Both the position numbers and the translations under genes were made by a program. A DNA stretch of 64,000 nt, taken from the NCBI GenBank assembly GCA_964479375.1, contig CAYZKD010000001.1, forward strand, positions 7,540 through 71,539. Direction: 5' to 3'. The DNA comes from an uncultured Candidatus Saccharibacteria bacterium. GTDB taxonomy: Bacteria > Patescibacteriota > Minisyncoccia > Minisyncoccales > GWA2-38-27. This document shows positions 35,500 to 48,882 of this stretch, piece after piece. Under the pieces are notes generated by a model. That model did no database searches and was not told the DNA's origin. It saw only the letters and a program-made list of their open reading frames with translations. Within the stretch, counting starts at the first letter, position 1, and every line of letters starts with the position of its first letter.

Positions 35500-35782
35500 G
35501 TCACGGAGGATGCATGATTGTCCTTTCTTGAGTTGGACGCTCTCACAGAGAAGTGGAGGTGTCGAGGTCGCCGGCGGTCACAAGATCTTGCGGTGACTGA
35601 GCTGGCACTGACGCACAATCATAGGATTCTCCTTAAAAAGGGTTCTCGTGGAACTAACGCAAGGTACTGAGAATATATTATCATATGTATTCATTTTTGT
35701 CAATACCGAAGTTGTTGACAGATAAATGATTTGAGGGTACAAAGAAGGGGCAGGCTCTTTAACAATAAGGAAAGGATAACAA

Positions 35783-36502
35783 ATGGTACCGGCAGACAAA
35801 GAGGCGTTACTTAACGCTGATCCGATTGAATTTGAAGACATGGATCTTTCTTCGGCGATGGTTCTTCAATGGTTCAGCATTTTGGATGCCGGCTGGATCC
35901 ACGACAATAATCCCAAGCATCCTCACGCCAAGTTGACATCCGGCAAGTGTAGCAATGGATTCTTCGACTGCCTCCGGGTCCTTCGTCATCCTAACCTTAA
36001 CGAAATTTTGGCTAAGCAGCTCGCAGCCAAATTAAAAGATCAAGGGATTTCTGAAAGGGATGTTGATTGGGTCGTCGGATCTCCTTATGCCGGCATAACC
36101 TTTTCCTACGAGGTAGCCAAAGATCTCTGCGCTGTTCATGGCTTTGCGGAGAAACAGCTTTCTTCTGGGGGGAGGAAGATGGTCTGGCCCAGAAGCAGTA
36201 TGGCTATTCCTTCTGGCGCTCGTGTTCTTCAGGTTGAAGAACTGATTACAACAAGCAAGACCTTTCAAAAGGTAAGGAAGGCCATAGAAGAAGGAAATCA
36301 GGAGTCGGTTGAGTTCCTTCCTGTTGTGGGTACTCTTATTCACCGGCCCTCTCGCTTGCCGGCTGAATATGACGGCAGAAGGGTTGTCGCCGTGGTCGAA
36401 AAGGAAGTCTGGGCCGCAGATCCCGGGAACTGTCCTCTTTGCCGTCAAGGCTCTGAGAGACTGGAGCCCAAAGTTGACTGGAAGAAACTGACCAAACCAT
36501 AA
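35783..36502 (+). CDS. phosphoribosyltransferase-family protein (type I PRTase fold, OPRTase-like)
   Basis: PRPP-binding-like motif VLQVEELITTSKTF (acidic residues followed by a T/S-rich loop) and an OPRT-like DWVVGSPYAGITFSYEVA. The C-terminus has CPLC. Assignment is to the fold only. Confidence 0.55.
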   Translation: MVPADKEALLNADPIEFEDMDLSSAMVLQWFSILDAGWIHDNNPKHPHAKLTSGKCSNGFFDCLRVLRHPNLNEILAKQLAAKLKDQGISERDVDWVVGSPYAGITFSYEVAKDLCAVHGFAEKQLSSGGRKMVWPRSSMAIPSGARVLQVEELITTSKTFQKVRKAIEEGNQESVEFLPVVGTLIHRPSRLPAEYDGRRVVAVVEKEVWAADPGNCPLCRQGSERLEPKVDWKKLTKP

Positions 36503-36513
36503 ACACACATAAG

Positions 36514-36540
36514 CCACTGGTTAAAACCGGTGGTTTTTTA
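36514..36540 (+). terminator. rho-independent terminator
   Basis: CCACTGG-TTAAAA-CCGGTGG followed by TTTTTT. Confidence 0.55.
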
Positions 36541-36601
36541 TTTATTTTTCCCCAATTTCTGCCTTGATTTGAAGGGATTTTTAAGGTAAAATAAGTATAA
36601 T

Positions 36602-37606
36602 ATGGACCTAAGAGAGATAAAAAGAAAAGCCCTAGAGGATGTGAAAAAAGCAGAGAGCGCAGAGGCTCTGAAGGTTTGTTATAAGAAATATTTGAGCAAA
36701 AAAGGAGAGTTGGCCAAGACCTTTTCTTCTTTAAAAGATTTGTCCGGAGAGGAGAAATCAAAAACAGGGAAGGTGGCCAATGAAATCAAGAAAGAAGTAG
36801 AAAAAGCAATTAAACAAAGAGAAAAGTTTGTTGATTCTTTTAAGAAAGGCAGTAAAAAAGGATTGGATATAACTATTCCTGCCCGAAAGGCGAAAATAGG
36901 TCATCTTCACCCCTTGACTTTAGTAAGAAGAAAAATAGAAGATATTTTTCAAGGTATGGGTTTTTCTGTTGTTGAGGGCCCTGAGGCGGAAACTGAGTTC
37001 TATAACTTCGACGCTTTGAATATTCCTAAAGACCACCCTGCCCGCGATTTATGGGACACTTTTTACTTAGAAAATGACATGGTTTTAAGGACTCATACTT
37101 CTCCTGTACAGATAAGATACATGGAAAAAAACAATCCTCCCTTTAAGATTATAGCGCCAGGCAGGATTTATAGAAACGAAGCCACAGATGCCTCTCACGA
37201 TTTCCAGTTTTATCAGGTGGAGGGCCTAATGGTCGGAGATAATATTTCCGCCGCCAATTTTAGGGCTATTATCCAGGAGTTTTTGTCTTGCTTTTTTGGG
37301 ACTACTGCCGAAATCAGATTAAGGCCCAGTTATTTTCCTTTTACAGAGCCCTCTTTTGAGGTAGACATTAAATGTCTTGTTTGCGGGGGGAAAGGATGTA
37401 GCGTCTGCTCTGGTACCGGTTGGGTAGAACTAATGGGAGCTGGCATGGTCCATCCCAACGTGTTAAAGGCTGGCAGGCTTAATCCTAAAAATTGGCAAGG
37501 ATTTGCTTTCGGCATAGGCATGGACAGGCTGGCTATGATGAAGTATAAGATTGACGACGTGAGACTGTTTAGGTCCGGGGATATAAGGTTTTTGGAGCAA
37601 TTTTAA
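36602..37606 (+). CDS. pheS: phenylalanyl-tRNA synthetase alpha subunit
   Basis: Class II motifs (HPARDLWDTFYL, FRNEATDASHDFQFYQVEGL, GFAFGIGMDRLAMMKY). Contains an inserted zinc knuckle CLVCGGKGCSVC. Confidence 0.95.
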   Translation: MDLREIKRKALEDVKKAESAEALKVCYKKYLSKKGELAKTFSSLKDLSGEEKSKTGKVANEIKKEVEKAIKQREKFVDSFKKGSKKGLDITIPARKAKIGHLHPLTLVRRKIEDIFQGMGFSVVEGPEAETEFYNFDALNIPKDHPARDLWDTFYLENDMVLRTHTSPVQIRYMEKNNPPFKIIAPGRIYRNEATDASHDFQFYQVEGLMVGDNISAANFRAIIQEFLSCFFGTTAEIRLRPSYFPFTEPSFEVDIKCLVCGGKGCSVCSGTGWVELMGAGMVHPNVLKAGRLNPKNWQGFAFGIGMDRLAMMKYKIDDVRLFRSGDIRFLEQF

Positions 37607-37608
37607 CT

Positions 37609-39612
37609 ATGACATTTTCCTATAACTGGCTCCAGACATTTTTTCAGAAAAGACTTCCCAAGCCAGAGAAACTGGCAGAACTTTTAACTATGCATAGTTT
37701 TGAAGTAGAGGGAGCAGAGAAGAAGAACAAAGACTATCTTTTAGACATAGATGTTTTGCCTGACCGGAGCTCTGATTGCTTTTCTCATCTCGGAGTAGCC
37801 CGGGAGATAGCAGCCATCACTAACCAAAAATTGAAATATCCTGATAAGATAAAGAAAAAAAAGGGAGGGAAGAAACCAATAAATCTTAAAGTTGAAAACA
37901 ATGAGGACTGTCTTCGCTATACAGCCAAACTAATAGAAGGCGTAAAGGTGGGGCCTTCTCCTAAGTGGCTGAAAGATAAAATAAATTCCTGCGGTGTCCA
38001 GTCCATTAATAATATAGTGGACATCACAAACTATGTGATGCTTGAGATGGGACAGCCTCTTCATGCCTTTGATATTAACAAGATAAGGAACAGAGAGATA
38101 ATTGTAAGAAGGGCCAAGAGAGGAGAAAGGATAACTACTCTAGACGACAAGGAGTATAAACTAGACAGAGACATTTTAGTTATATCAGACCCGGAAAGCT
38201 CTTTGGCTATAGCCGGGATAAAAGGAGGAAAAAAAGCAGAAATTGACTCCGAAACCAACGCTATTGTTTTAGAATCTGCTAATTTTGCCTCTTTGCTGAC
38301 GAGGCGCGCCTCAAGGAAGCTTCAATTAAAAACGGATGCTTCTTGGAGATTTGAGAATGAAATAGATCCCAACCTTACAGAAGAGGCTATAAACAGAGCC
38401 GTTTTCTTGATTAAGAAAGAAGCAGGAGGAAAAGTAGTATCTGGTACGGCCGATTTTTATCCCCAGAAGAGGTTTCCTAAAAAGATAAAGATAGACCCTA
38501 GCGATATCAGAAAATTACTCGGCATTATAATTCCGGAAAAAGATATAAGGAATATTTTCTCTAGATTGGGTCTTAAGAATAAAAAGAAAGGCAAGATGAT
38601 AGAAGTAGAGATTCCCACCCGAAGATTGGATTTATCAATACCTCAAGATTTAGTAGAAGAAGTGGGACGGATTTACGGATATGAAAATATCACAGCCTCT
38701 TTCCCTTTAATATCTTTGGCGCCGCCTGATAAGAATTTTTCTGTTTTTTGGGAAAATTTTACAAAAAATGTATTCAAGGAACTGGGTTTTTTCGAATCCT
38801 ACAACTATTCTTTCATTGGAGAAGACGTTAAGGAGATATTCGGGTATAAAGAACTGGCAGGGTTGAAAAATCCTCTCAGCGATGAGCACAAATATTTAAG
38901 ACCCAGTCTGATTCCCAATCTTCTAAAAAACGTGAAAACTAATGGAGAAAAAGAGGTTGATATTTTTGAAATAGGGAAAGTTTTCAAATCTTCTCAAAAG
39001 GAAAAGAAAATGCTTTCCGCCCTCTCTACCCATAAAGATTTTTATAACATGAAAGGTATTGTTGACGCGCTTTTAAATAAAGTGGGAATTAGTGAAGTGT
39101 GGTACGATGACTTTAAAGCCACTCCCGAAAACAGTAAAATTAATGTGTGGGAAAAGAAAAGAGCCGCTGAAATCAAAGTGGGCTTTGAAGAAATAGGTTT
39201 CCTGGGCGAAATTTCTTCTGAGATATTAGATGAAACGAAGATAGGAAAGAAGGTGGTTCTGTTCGAAATTGATTTTGAGAAATTCCAAAAGATAGCTTCA
39301 GAAGAACAGGAGTATCAACCGATTTCGCGGTATCCAGTAGCAGTGAGAGATATAGCGGTATTGGTTCCCCGGTCGGTAAAGGTGGAGGCTGTGATGAATA
39401 AAATCAATGCTGTGGGAGGATCTTTAATTAGAGACATCGATCTTTTTGATATTTACGAAGGAGAAAATCTGCCGTTTGGTAAGAAGAATCTGGCTTTTCA
39501 TATAATCTATCAGGCAGAAGACAGAACCCTATCTAATGAAGCAATTCTCGCCCTACAGGACAGGATTATAAGGTTTTTGGAGGCTGAGCCGGACTGGCAG
39601 GTAAGAAAATAA
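37609..39612 (+). CDS. pheT: phenylalanyl-tRNA synthetase beta subunit (short form)
   Basis: It follows pheS. B3/B4, B5 and anticodon-binding domains are present. 667 aa against about 795 in E. coli. Confidence 0.9.
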   Translation: MTFSYNWLQTFFQKRLPKPEKLAELLTMHSFEVEGAEKKNKDYLLDIDVLPDRSSDCFSHLGVAREIAAITNQKLKYPDKIKKKKGGKKPINLKVENNEDCLRYTAKLIEGVKVGPSPKWLKDKINSCGVQSINNIVDITNYVMLEMGQPLHAFDINKIRNREIIVRRAKRGERITTLDDKEYKLDRDILVISDPESSLAIAGIKGGKKAEIDSETNAIVLESANFASLLTRRASRKLQLKTDASWRFENEIDPNLTEEAINRAVFLIKKEAGGKVVSGTADFYPQKRFPKKIKIDPSDIRKLLGIIIPEKDIRNIFSRLGLKNKKKGKMIEVEIPTRRLDLSIPQDLVEEVGRIYGYENITASFPLISLAPPDKNFSVFWENFTKNVFKELGFFESYNYSFIGEDVKEIFGYKELAGLKNPLSDEHKYLRPSLIPNLLKNVKTNGEKEVDIFEIGKVFKSSQKEKKMLSALSTHKDFYNMKGIVDALLNKVGISEVWYDDFKATPENSKINVWEKKRAAEIKVGFEEIGFLGEISSEILDETKIGKKVVLFEIDFEKFQKIASEEQEYQPISRYPVAVRDIAVLVPRSVKVEAVMNKINAVGGSLIRDIDLFDIYEGENLPFGKKNLAFHIIYQAEDRTLSNEAILALQDRIIRFLEAEPDWQVRK

Positions 39613-39616
39613 TTAA

Positions 39617-43798
<4,182 letters not shown>

Positions 43799-43842
43799 CT
43801 GAAACTTGACTTCGTCCTAACTTTTAGATATTATTAAACCAC

Positions 43843-43863
43843 AAGGCCGGAAGGCCGTTTTTA
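43843..43863 (+). terminator. possible terminator hairpin after gyrB (GGCCGGAAGGCC + TTTTT)
   Basis: GC-only 4-bp stem, GGAA loop, T-run. A weak stem. Confidence 0.3.
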
Positions 43864-43868
43864 AAACT

Positions 43869-44066
43869 ATGAAAATGTCTATTTTCTCCAGAACAATAGC
43901 CTTCTTGAAAGAAGTTAAGATTGAAATGAAAAAAGTTAACTGGCCCACAAGGACAGAAACTATTAGATATACCTTGATAGTGGTAGGGGCTTCTCTTGTT
44001 GTCGCCGCTTTTTTAGGCGGCCTTGATTTTATTTTCTCTGTCTTGCTTAATACTTTTGTATTCTAA
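43869..44066 (+). CDS. secE: preprotein translocase subunit SecE
   Basis: 65 aa, KEVKIEMKKVNWPTRTETIRYTLIVVGASLVVAAFLGGLDFIF. Conserved position before nusG. Confidence 0.85.
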   Translation: MKMSIFSRTIAFLKEVKIEMKKVNWPTRTETIRYTLIVVGASLVVAAFLGGLDFIFSVLLNTFVF

Positions 44067-44069
44067 GTT

Positions 44070-44615
44070 ATGCCTAAGCAAAAATTGCCTCAAAAAAGGA
44101 ACTGGTACGTTATTCATACTTATTCAGGATATGAAGAGTCGGTGGCAAAGAATCTTAGACAGAGAGTGGATTCTTTGGGTATGGAAGATAAGATTTTTGA
44201 TGTTTTGGTTCCCAAGGAAAAAAAGATTAAAATTAAAAGCGGCAAGAGGAAAAATGTTGAAGAAAAGATTTATCCGGGATATGTTCTGGTGGAGATGATA
44301 GTTACTGACGATTCTTGGTATGTAGTAAGAAACACCCCCAACGTTACGGGATTTGTAGGAGTGGGCACCACCCCGGTTCCGGTTTCTCAGGAAGAAATAG
44401 ATAGCCTCAAGAAAAGGATGGGTACAGAAACCCCCAGTTATAAGATTGAGGTGAAAGTAGGGGACTCTGTTAAGGTTACAGACGGCCCCTTTAAGGATTC
44501 TGACGGAAAGGTTTCAGAAGTTGATCAGGAAAGAGGCAAGGTTAAGGTAATGGTAAATATGTTCGGTCGCGATACTCCAGTAGAACTGGACTCTTTGCAA
44601 ATTAAGAAATTGTAA
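44070..44615 (+). CDS. nusG: transcription termination/antitermination factor NusG
   Basis: NGN domain ([14 protein letters not shown]) and KOW motif ([23 protein letters not shown]). Confidence 0.95.
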   Translation: MPKQKLPQKRNWYVIHTYSGYEESVAKNLRQRVDSLGMEDKIFDVLVPKEKKIKIKSGKRKNVEEKIYPGYVLVEMIVTDDSWYVVRNTPNVTGFVGVGTTPVPVSQEEIDSLKKRMGTETPSYKIEVKVGDSVKVTDGPFKDSDGKVSEVDQERGKVKVMVNMFGRDTPVELDSLQIKKL

Positions 44616-44619
44616 AATC

Positions 44620-45042
44620 ATGGCTAAAAAAATAATAGCAGTTGTAAAACTTCAAATTAAAGCGGGTCAGGCGACCCCGGCTCCGCCGGTGGGTCCTTCT
44701 TTGGCTCAGCACGGGATAAATATTTCTGACTTTTGCCAGAAGTTTAATGACGAAACCAAGGATAAGGAAGGGAGCACCATTCCCGTTGAAATAACCGTTT
44801 ACGAAGACAAGAGTTTCGGCTTTAAATTAAAAAAGCCTCCTGCTTCAGAGTTGTTGAAAAAAATGGCGGGCATAGAAAAGGGATCAGGAACTCCTAATAA
44901 AAAGAGAGCGGGACAGATAACACGAGACCAGCTTAAAAAAGTAGCCCAAGAGAAAATGGAAGATCTGAATACTGATGATGTGGAGCAGGCGATGAAGATA
45001 ATTGAGGGTACCGCTAAAAACATGGGTCTTGAAATTAAATAA
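44620..45042 (+). CDS. rplK: 50S ribosomal protein L11
   Basis: [23 protein letters not shown]...FC..FN matches L11. No rplA follows, which is unusual. Confidence 0.95.
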   Translation: MAKKIIAVVKLQIKAGQATPAPPVGPSLAQHGINISDFCQKFNDETKDKEGSTIPVEITVYEDKSFGFKLKKPPASELLKKMAGIEKGSGTPNKKRAGQITRDQLKKVAQEKMEDLNTDDVEQAMKIIEGTAKNMGLEIK

Positions 45043-45043
45043 T

Positions 45044-45577
45044 ATGGACACCAAAAGACCTCCAAAAGATGAGTATTATTTGGGTATAGCCAAGGAAATA
45101 TCCAAGCGGTCCACTTGTTTTAGAGTAAAAGCCGGCGCCCTTATAGTAAGAGACGACCAATTAATTTCCGCAGGCTACGTGGGTGCTCCCAGAAAAACAA
45201 AAGATTGTTTTGAAAGAGGAAACTGTTTGAGGGATAAATTAAGTATTCCCCATGGAAAGCAATATGAAATATGCAGGAGCGTGCATGCTGAACAAAATGC
45301 CCTTATCAATGCTGCCAGATCCGGAACGAGTGTTTTGGGAGGAACTATGTATATTTATCTTGAAGACAGGGAAGAAAAAACAATAGATTCTTTTCCCTGT
45401 TTTATTTGTAAAAAAATGATAATTAATTCTGGAATAAATCGGGTAGTGTGTTCTAAAAAAGATGGGGGAATTAAGATATTTTATGCCCGTGACTGGACAG
45501 AACACTGGCGGCAGGGTGACATAGTTGACGATGAAGAAAAATTTGGTGAGGACTTGAACAAAAAAGAAAACCTGTAA
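45044..45577 (+). CDS. comEB: dCMP deaminase (ComEB-like cytidine/deoxycytidylate deaminase)
   Basis: Zinc-ligand motifs HAEQNAL and PCFICKKMIINSGI. Start taken at the ATG just after the rplK stop. Confidence 0.85.
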   Translation: MDTKRPPKDEYYLGIAKEISKRSTCFRVKAGALIVRDDQLISAGYVGAPRKTKDCFERGNCLRDKLSIPHGKQYEICRSVHAEQNALINAARSGTSVLGGTMYIYLEDREEKTIDSFPCFICKKMIINSGINRVVCSKKDGGIKIFYARDWTEHWRQGDIVDDEEKFGEDLNKKENL

Positions 45578-45607
45578 CCAAGTTCTTTAAAAAGAAAGGA
45601 AAGAGAG

Positions 45608-46480
45608 ATGGATAAGGTACAGATAGTGCGGGTTAGGCCAGACGCTTTGCTTCCTCGACGGGCTTCTGCTTTTGCAGTAGGATACGATGTTTATGCTTCT
45701 CGTGTTTTAGACAAAGAAACTAAAGAAGTTTTATCAGAATTACCCGCGACCATCGGACCGGGGGAGAGTCTTCTTGTCGGGATTGGCGTAGCTTTTGCTA
45801 TTCCGTGGCCTTGGGAAGCCCAGCTTAGACCAAGAAGCGGGCTGGCTAATAAATACGACATTGAACTTTCTAATTCTCCCGGTACCATTGACCCCGATTT
45901 CAGAGGAGAGGCTGGTGCTCTCTTAAGAAATAGGGGGGAGAAGTCTTTTATTGTAGACAAGGGGATGAGAGTAGCCCAGATTATTTTCTCGGTTGTGAAA
46001 ACCCCTGTCTTTTTGGAAACCAATGCGCTTCCTTCGACTATCCGGGGAAATGGTGGTTTTGGTTCCACAGGCCTCTACGAGATAGAAGAAGGAACGGCAG
46101 AATTCTGGAGAAGGGTAGCCGAAGAGGATGTGGCCTATATGAGGGTTGTTCAAGATCTTGCCCGCTTTCCTTCCGCAGAAGGTGGCGCTTGTATCATCGT
46201 AAAAGACGGAAACATTATTTCGACCAGCCACACCTTGTTTGGGCAGAAGGGAATTTCTGCTGAAGGAAAGGCCCTCAGCGCTCTTTTGAAGGTCGGATCT
46301 GGTGTTTCTACGACCGGAGCGAGGGCATACCTTAATGTTGTCCCGATTCTCTCTTTCGCCTCTCTTATTATTGCTTGCGGCATAGAAGAAATGGTTTTGC
46401 CGCAAGGGGAGTACGAGAGAGAAGCCATAAGATTTTTAGAAGACAACGGTCTTTATATCCGTTACATTAAATTACCTTAA
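45608..46480 (+). CDS. dut: dUTP diphosphatase fused to a C-terminal degenerate deaminase-like domain
   Basis: All five dUTPase motifs are present in residues 1-155 (VGYDVYAS, RPRSGLANKY, GTIDPDFRGE, MRVAQIIF, RGNGGFGSTG). Residues 160-290 align to the adjacent dCMP deaminase but with the zinc ligands altered (HAE to SAEGKAL, PCxxC to LIIACG). Confidence 0.8.
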   Translation: MDKVQIVRVRPDALLPRRASAFAVGYDVYASRVLDKETKEVLSELPATIGPGESLLVGIGVAFAIPWPWEAQLRPRSGLANKYDIELSNSPGTIDPDFRGEAGALLRNRGEKSFIVDKGMRVAQIIFSVVKTPVFLETNALPSTIRGNGGFGSTGLYEIEEGTAEFWRRVAEEDVAYMRVVQDLARFPSAEGGACIIVKDGNIISTSHTLFGQKGISAEGKALSALLKVGSGVSTTGARAYLNVVPILSFASLIIACGIEEMVLPQGEYEREAIRFLEDNGLYIRYIKLP

Positions 46481-46506
46481 AGGGTCTATAAAGACCCTTT
46501 TTTTAT
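46479..46506 (+). terminator. rho-independent terminator after dut
   Basis: AAGGGTC-TATA-AAGACCCTT followed by TTTTTTT. Confidence 0.6.
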
Positions 46507-46554
46507 ACGCCTTTTAATTAGAAAGATTTTTTGGTATAGTAATATTAATTAGAA

Positions 46555-47175
46555 ATGATCAAGAATCACAACCCAGGAAAATTTATAATCTTTGAAGGTC
46601 CGGATGGCTCAGGCCAGAGCACCCAATCCTCTTTGCTAAGGAGCTTTTTAATTGAAAAGGGATATCAAGTGATTGTGACCAAAGAACCCACAATTGACTC
46701 AGAGGCGGGAAAAAAGATTAAAAAGGTTTTGGAAAAGGAAATTGAAATCAGCTCAGAAGAACTTCAGCAATTATTTGTCCATGACAGAAAAGAACATCTG
46801 GAAAACCTGATTATTCCTGCCCTTAAAAAAGGCAGATTTGTTATTTCTGACCGCTACTTCTTTTCAACTTTTTGTTTTGGGGCCGCAGCCGGACTTGATA
46901 TGGAGAAGTTAATCAAAATGAACAAAAATTTTCTGCTCCCAGACCTCACTTTTATACTGAAAGCAGATCCTAAGGTTTGCGTTCGAAGAATTACAGAAAG
47001 AGGGAGCAAGAAAACCCTATTTGAGGTGGAGGAAAGATTAACAAAAGTAATGGAAAACTACGAAAAAATGCCTTCTCGGTTCGAAAACGTAAAAATTATA
47101 AACGGCGAGCAATCGATAGAAAAAGTCTCGGAAGACATAGAAAGGGCCGTTTTCTCGCAACTTTTGACTAAATAG
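46555..47175 (+). CDS. tmk: thymidylate kinase
   Basis: P-loop IIFEGPDGSGQSTQ, DRY motif (ISDRYFFS), and the LID region. Confidence 0.9.
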   Translation: MIKNHNPGKFIIFEGPDGSGQSTQSSLLRSFLIEKGYQVIVTKEPTIDSEAGKKIKKVLEKEIEISSEELQQLFVHDRKEHLENLIIPALKKGRFVISDRYFFSTFCFGAAAGLDMEKLIKMNKNFLLPDLTFILKADPKVCVRRITERGSKKTLFEVEERLTKVMENYEKMPSRFENVKIINGEQSIEKVSEDIERAVFSQLLTK

Positions 47176-47179
47176 TAAT

Positions 47180-48880
47180 ATGGCAGAAATACTAAAAAAT
47201 GCAGGCTCTCACAAGATTTTGTCTATTATGGGAGGGAGTGAGGGGGAGAGTCCTCTTCAGTTGATAGAGGTTGCGGGAAGGACTGCATACCAAAGCAGGG
47301 ACAAGATCAGCGATGAGTCAGCATCAAGGTTTGTCGAAATGATAAGGAAGAGGGGACACGAATCAGTATTGGAGCATTCTTGTATGACAGTAGAATTTAA
47401 TAATGTCTCCCGTGGTTTTTGTTATGACGACAAAACAGAGGTTTTGACAAAAGAAGGCTGGAAATATTTTTATGAAACCACAGAAAAAGATAAATTTTTG
47501 ACTTTAAACTTGAAAAACAAAAAAATAGAATATCAAAAACGTAAGGATTTTACAGCCGAAGATTGGAATGGTCAGTTGATTTATGGGAAGTCTTCTATGG
47601 TTGATTTTGCCGTCACCCCTAACCATAGAATGGTCTATTTTCCTTACGACAAGCGGGTTGATAAAGAGTGGGGGATTGCTCAGGCAAAAGAAATTTATGG
47701 TAAAAGAGTAAAGTTTGAGAGGGGGCTATTTAATAATTGGACAGGACTTAAAATTAAGAATAAATATTCTCAACAAGACAGCCTGTCTTTTGCAAAATTT
47801 ATGGGGGTTTTTATTACAGATGGTTCTTTGTGGAAAGGAAAGCAGACCGGCGGCAGGATAGTTTTAAGCCAGACAAAAAAAGGAGGGAGAGATTTCATCA
47901 GGAAGACGCTGAGTGATTTAGGATGGAATTTTAAGGAACGCAGGGACGGTTTTAGAATAAATGATACTAAGCTTTATCATTTTCTTAGGAAATATTTTCC
48001 TGAGACAAAGAAAAAAAGTGAAGACGGTCGGGTCCCCGAATGGATAAGGATGTCATCTCCGGAATATATCAGAGAGTTTATGAACGGCGTTATTGTCGGA
48101 GACGGGAATATTCATAAGGGGAACAAACACATAGTTATTTATTCTGGTTCTCAAAAATTATCTGGTGATTACCAAGAATGTATATTCAAGATGGGACTGT
48201 GTTCTACGGTGAGGATGGACGATAGAAGGGGTCAGGCGCATAAAGTTGGTAAAGCTCCGATAAAAAACAAAAGAAAATCATATATTGTTTCTATTACGAA
48301 AAGAACCAATGCCCATTTGTTTAATAGAAAACTATGGTCAAAAAGAAAGTATAGGGGTAAAGTATATTGCGTGACGGTTCCGAACGGGACTCTTTATGTA
48401 AGAAGAAACGGAAAGGCGTTTTGGTCTGGGAATACCCACGAGATGGTTCGCCATAGGTTAGTTGCTTACACTCAAGAATCTACAAGATACGTGGACGAGA
48501 GTAATTTTAGGGTGGTTGTCCCTCCCGACAAAGATCCTCAGAAAAAAATAGTAACCTTGGGTCTTCCCAATGGGGACAAATCAGAGGTTTCTTTTGAAGA
48601 CTGGGTTAATCTTAACGAGCAAATGTACAGAGGACTGAGAAAGGCCGAATGGGTGCCTCAGGACGCCAGGCAGACATTACCTATAGGGATAAAGTCTCAG
48701 ATTGTAGCCACAGCCAACTTTAGGGAATGGCGCCACATTTTTACCTTAAGATGTTCCCCCAAGGCTCATTGGGAAATAAGGAGAGTGATGACCAACCTTT
48801 TAAAAGAGGTAAAAGAAAGGGTTCCTGTTATTTTCGATGACTTTGAAATTTTAGAAGAAGGCGCTCAAAAAAAGCCTTAA
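47180..48880 (+). CDS. thyX: flavin-dependent thymidylate synthase ThyX precursor containing an intein (mature about 228 aa)
   Basis: Exteins: ...HESVLEHSCMTVEFNNVSRGF | THEMVRHRLVAYTQESTRY... This is the ThyX RHR...S...R motif, split by the intein. Confidence 0.9.
   Translation: MAEILKNAGSHKILSIMGGSEGESPLQLIEVAGRTAYQSRDKISDESASRFVEMIRKRGHESVLEHSCMTVEFNNVSRGFCYDDKTEVLTKEGWKYFYETTEKDKFLTLNLKNKKIEYQKRKDFTAEDWNGQLIYGKSSMVDFAVTPNHRMVYFPYDKRVDKEWGIAQAKEIYGKRVKFERGLFNNWTGLKIKNKYSQQDSLSFAKFMGVFITDGSLWKGKQTGGRIVLSQTKKGGRDFIRKTLSDLGWNFKERRDGFRINDTKLYHFLRKYFPETKKKSEDGRVPEWIRMSSPEYIREFMNGVIVGDGNIHKGNKHIVIYSGSQKLSGDYQECIFKMGLCSTVRMDDRRGQAHKVGKAPIKNKRKSYIVSITKRTNAHLFNRKLWSKRKYRGKVYCVTVPNGTLYVRRNGKAFWSGNTHEMVRHRLVAYTQESTRYVDESNFRVVVPPDKDPQKKIVTLGLPNGDKSEVSFEDWVNLNEQMYRGLRKAEWVPQDARQTLPIGIKSQIVATANFREWRHIFTLRCSPKAHWEIRRVMTNLLKEVKERVPVIFDDFEILEEGAQKKP
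47420..48433 (+). mobile_element. thyX intein (338 aa) with a LAGLIDADG endonuclease domain
   Basis: Starts CYDDKTEVLTKEGW right after SRGF, ends ...FWSGN, and the +1 residue is Thr of THEMVRHR. LAGLIDADG-like blocks FMGVFITDGSL and EFMNGVIVGDGNI. The penultimate residue is Gly rather than the usual His. Confidence 0.8.
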
Positions 48881-48882
48881 GC

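Noticed and set aside
35313-35618. ORFs 35313-35531 (+) and 35370-35618 (-)
   Set aside because: They overlap the hairpin repeats and the GC-rich structured region. They show low-complexity or odd composition with no motifs, so they are likely non-coding.
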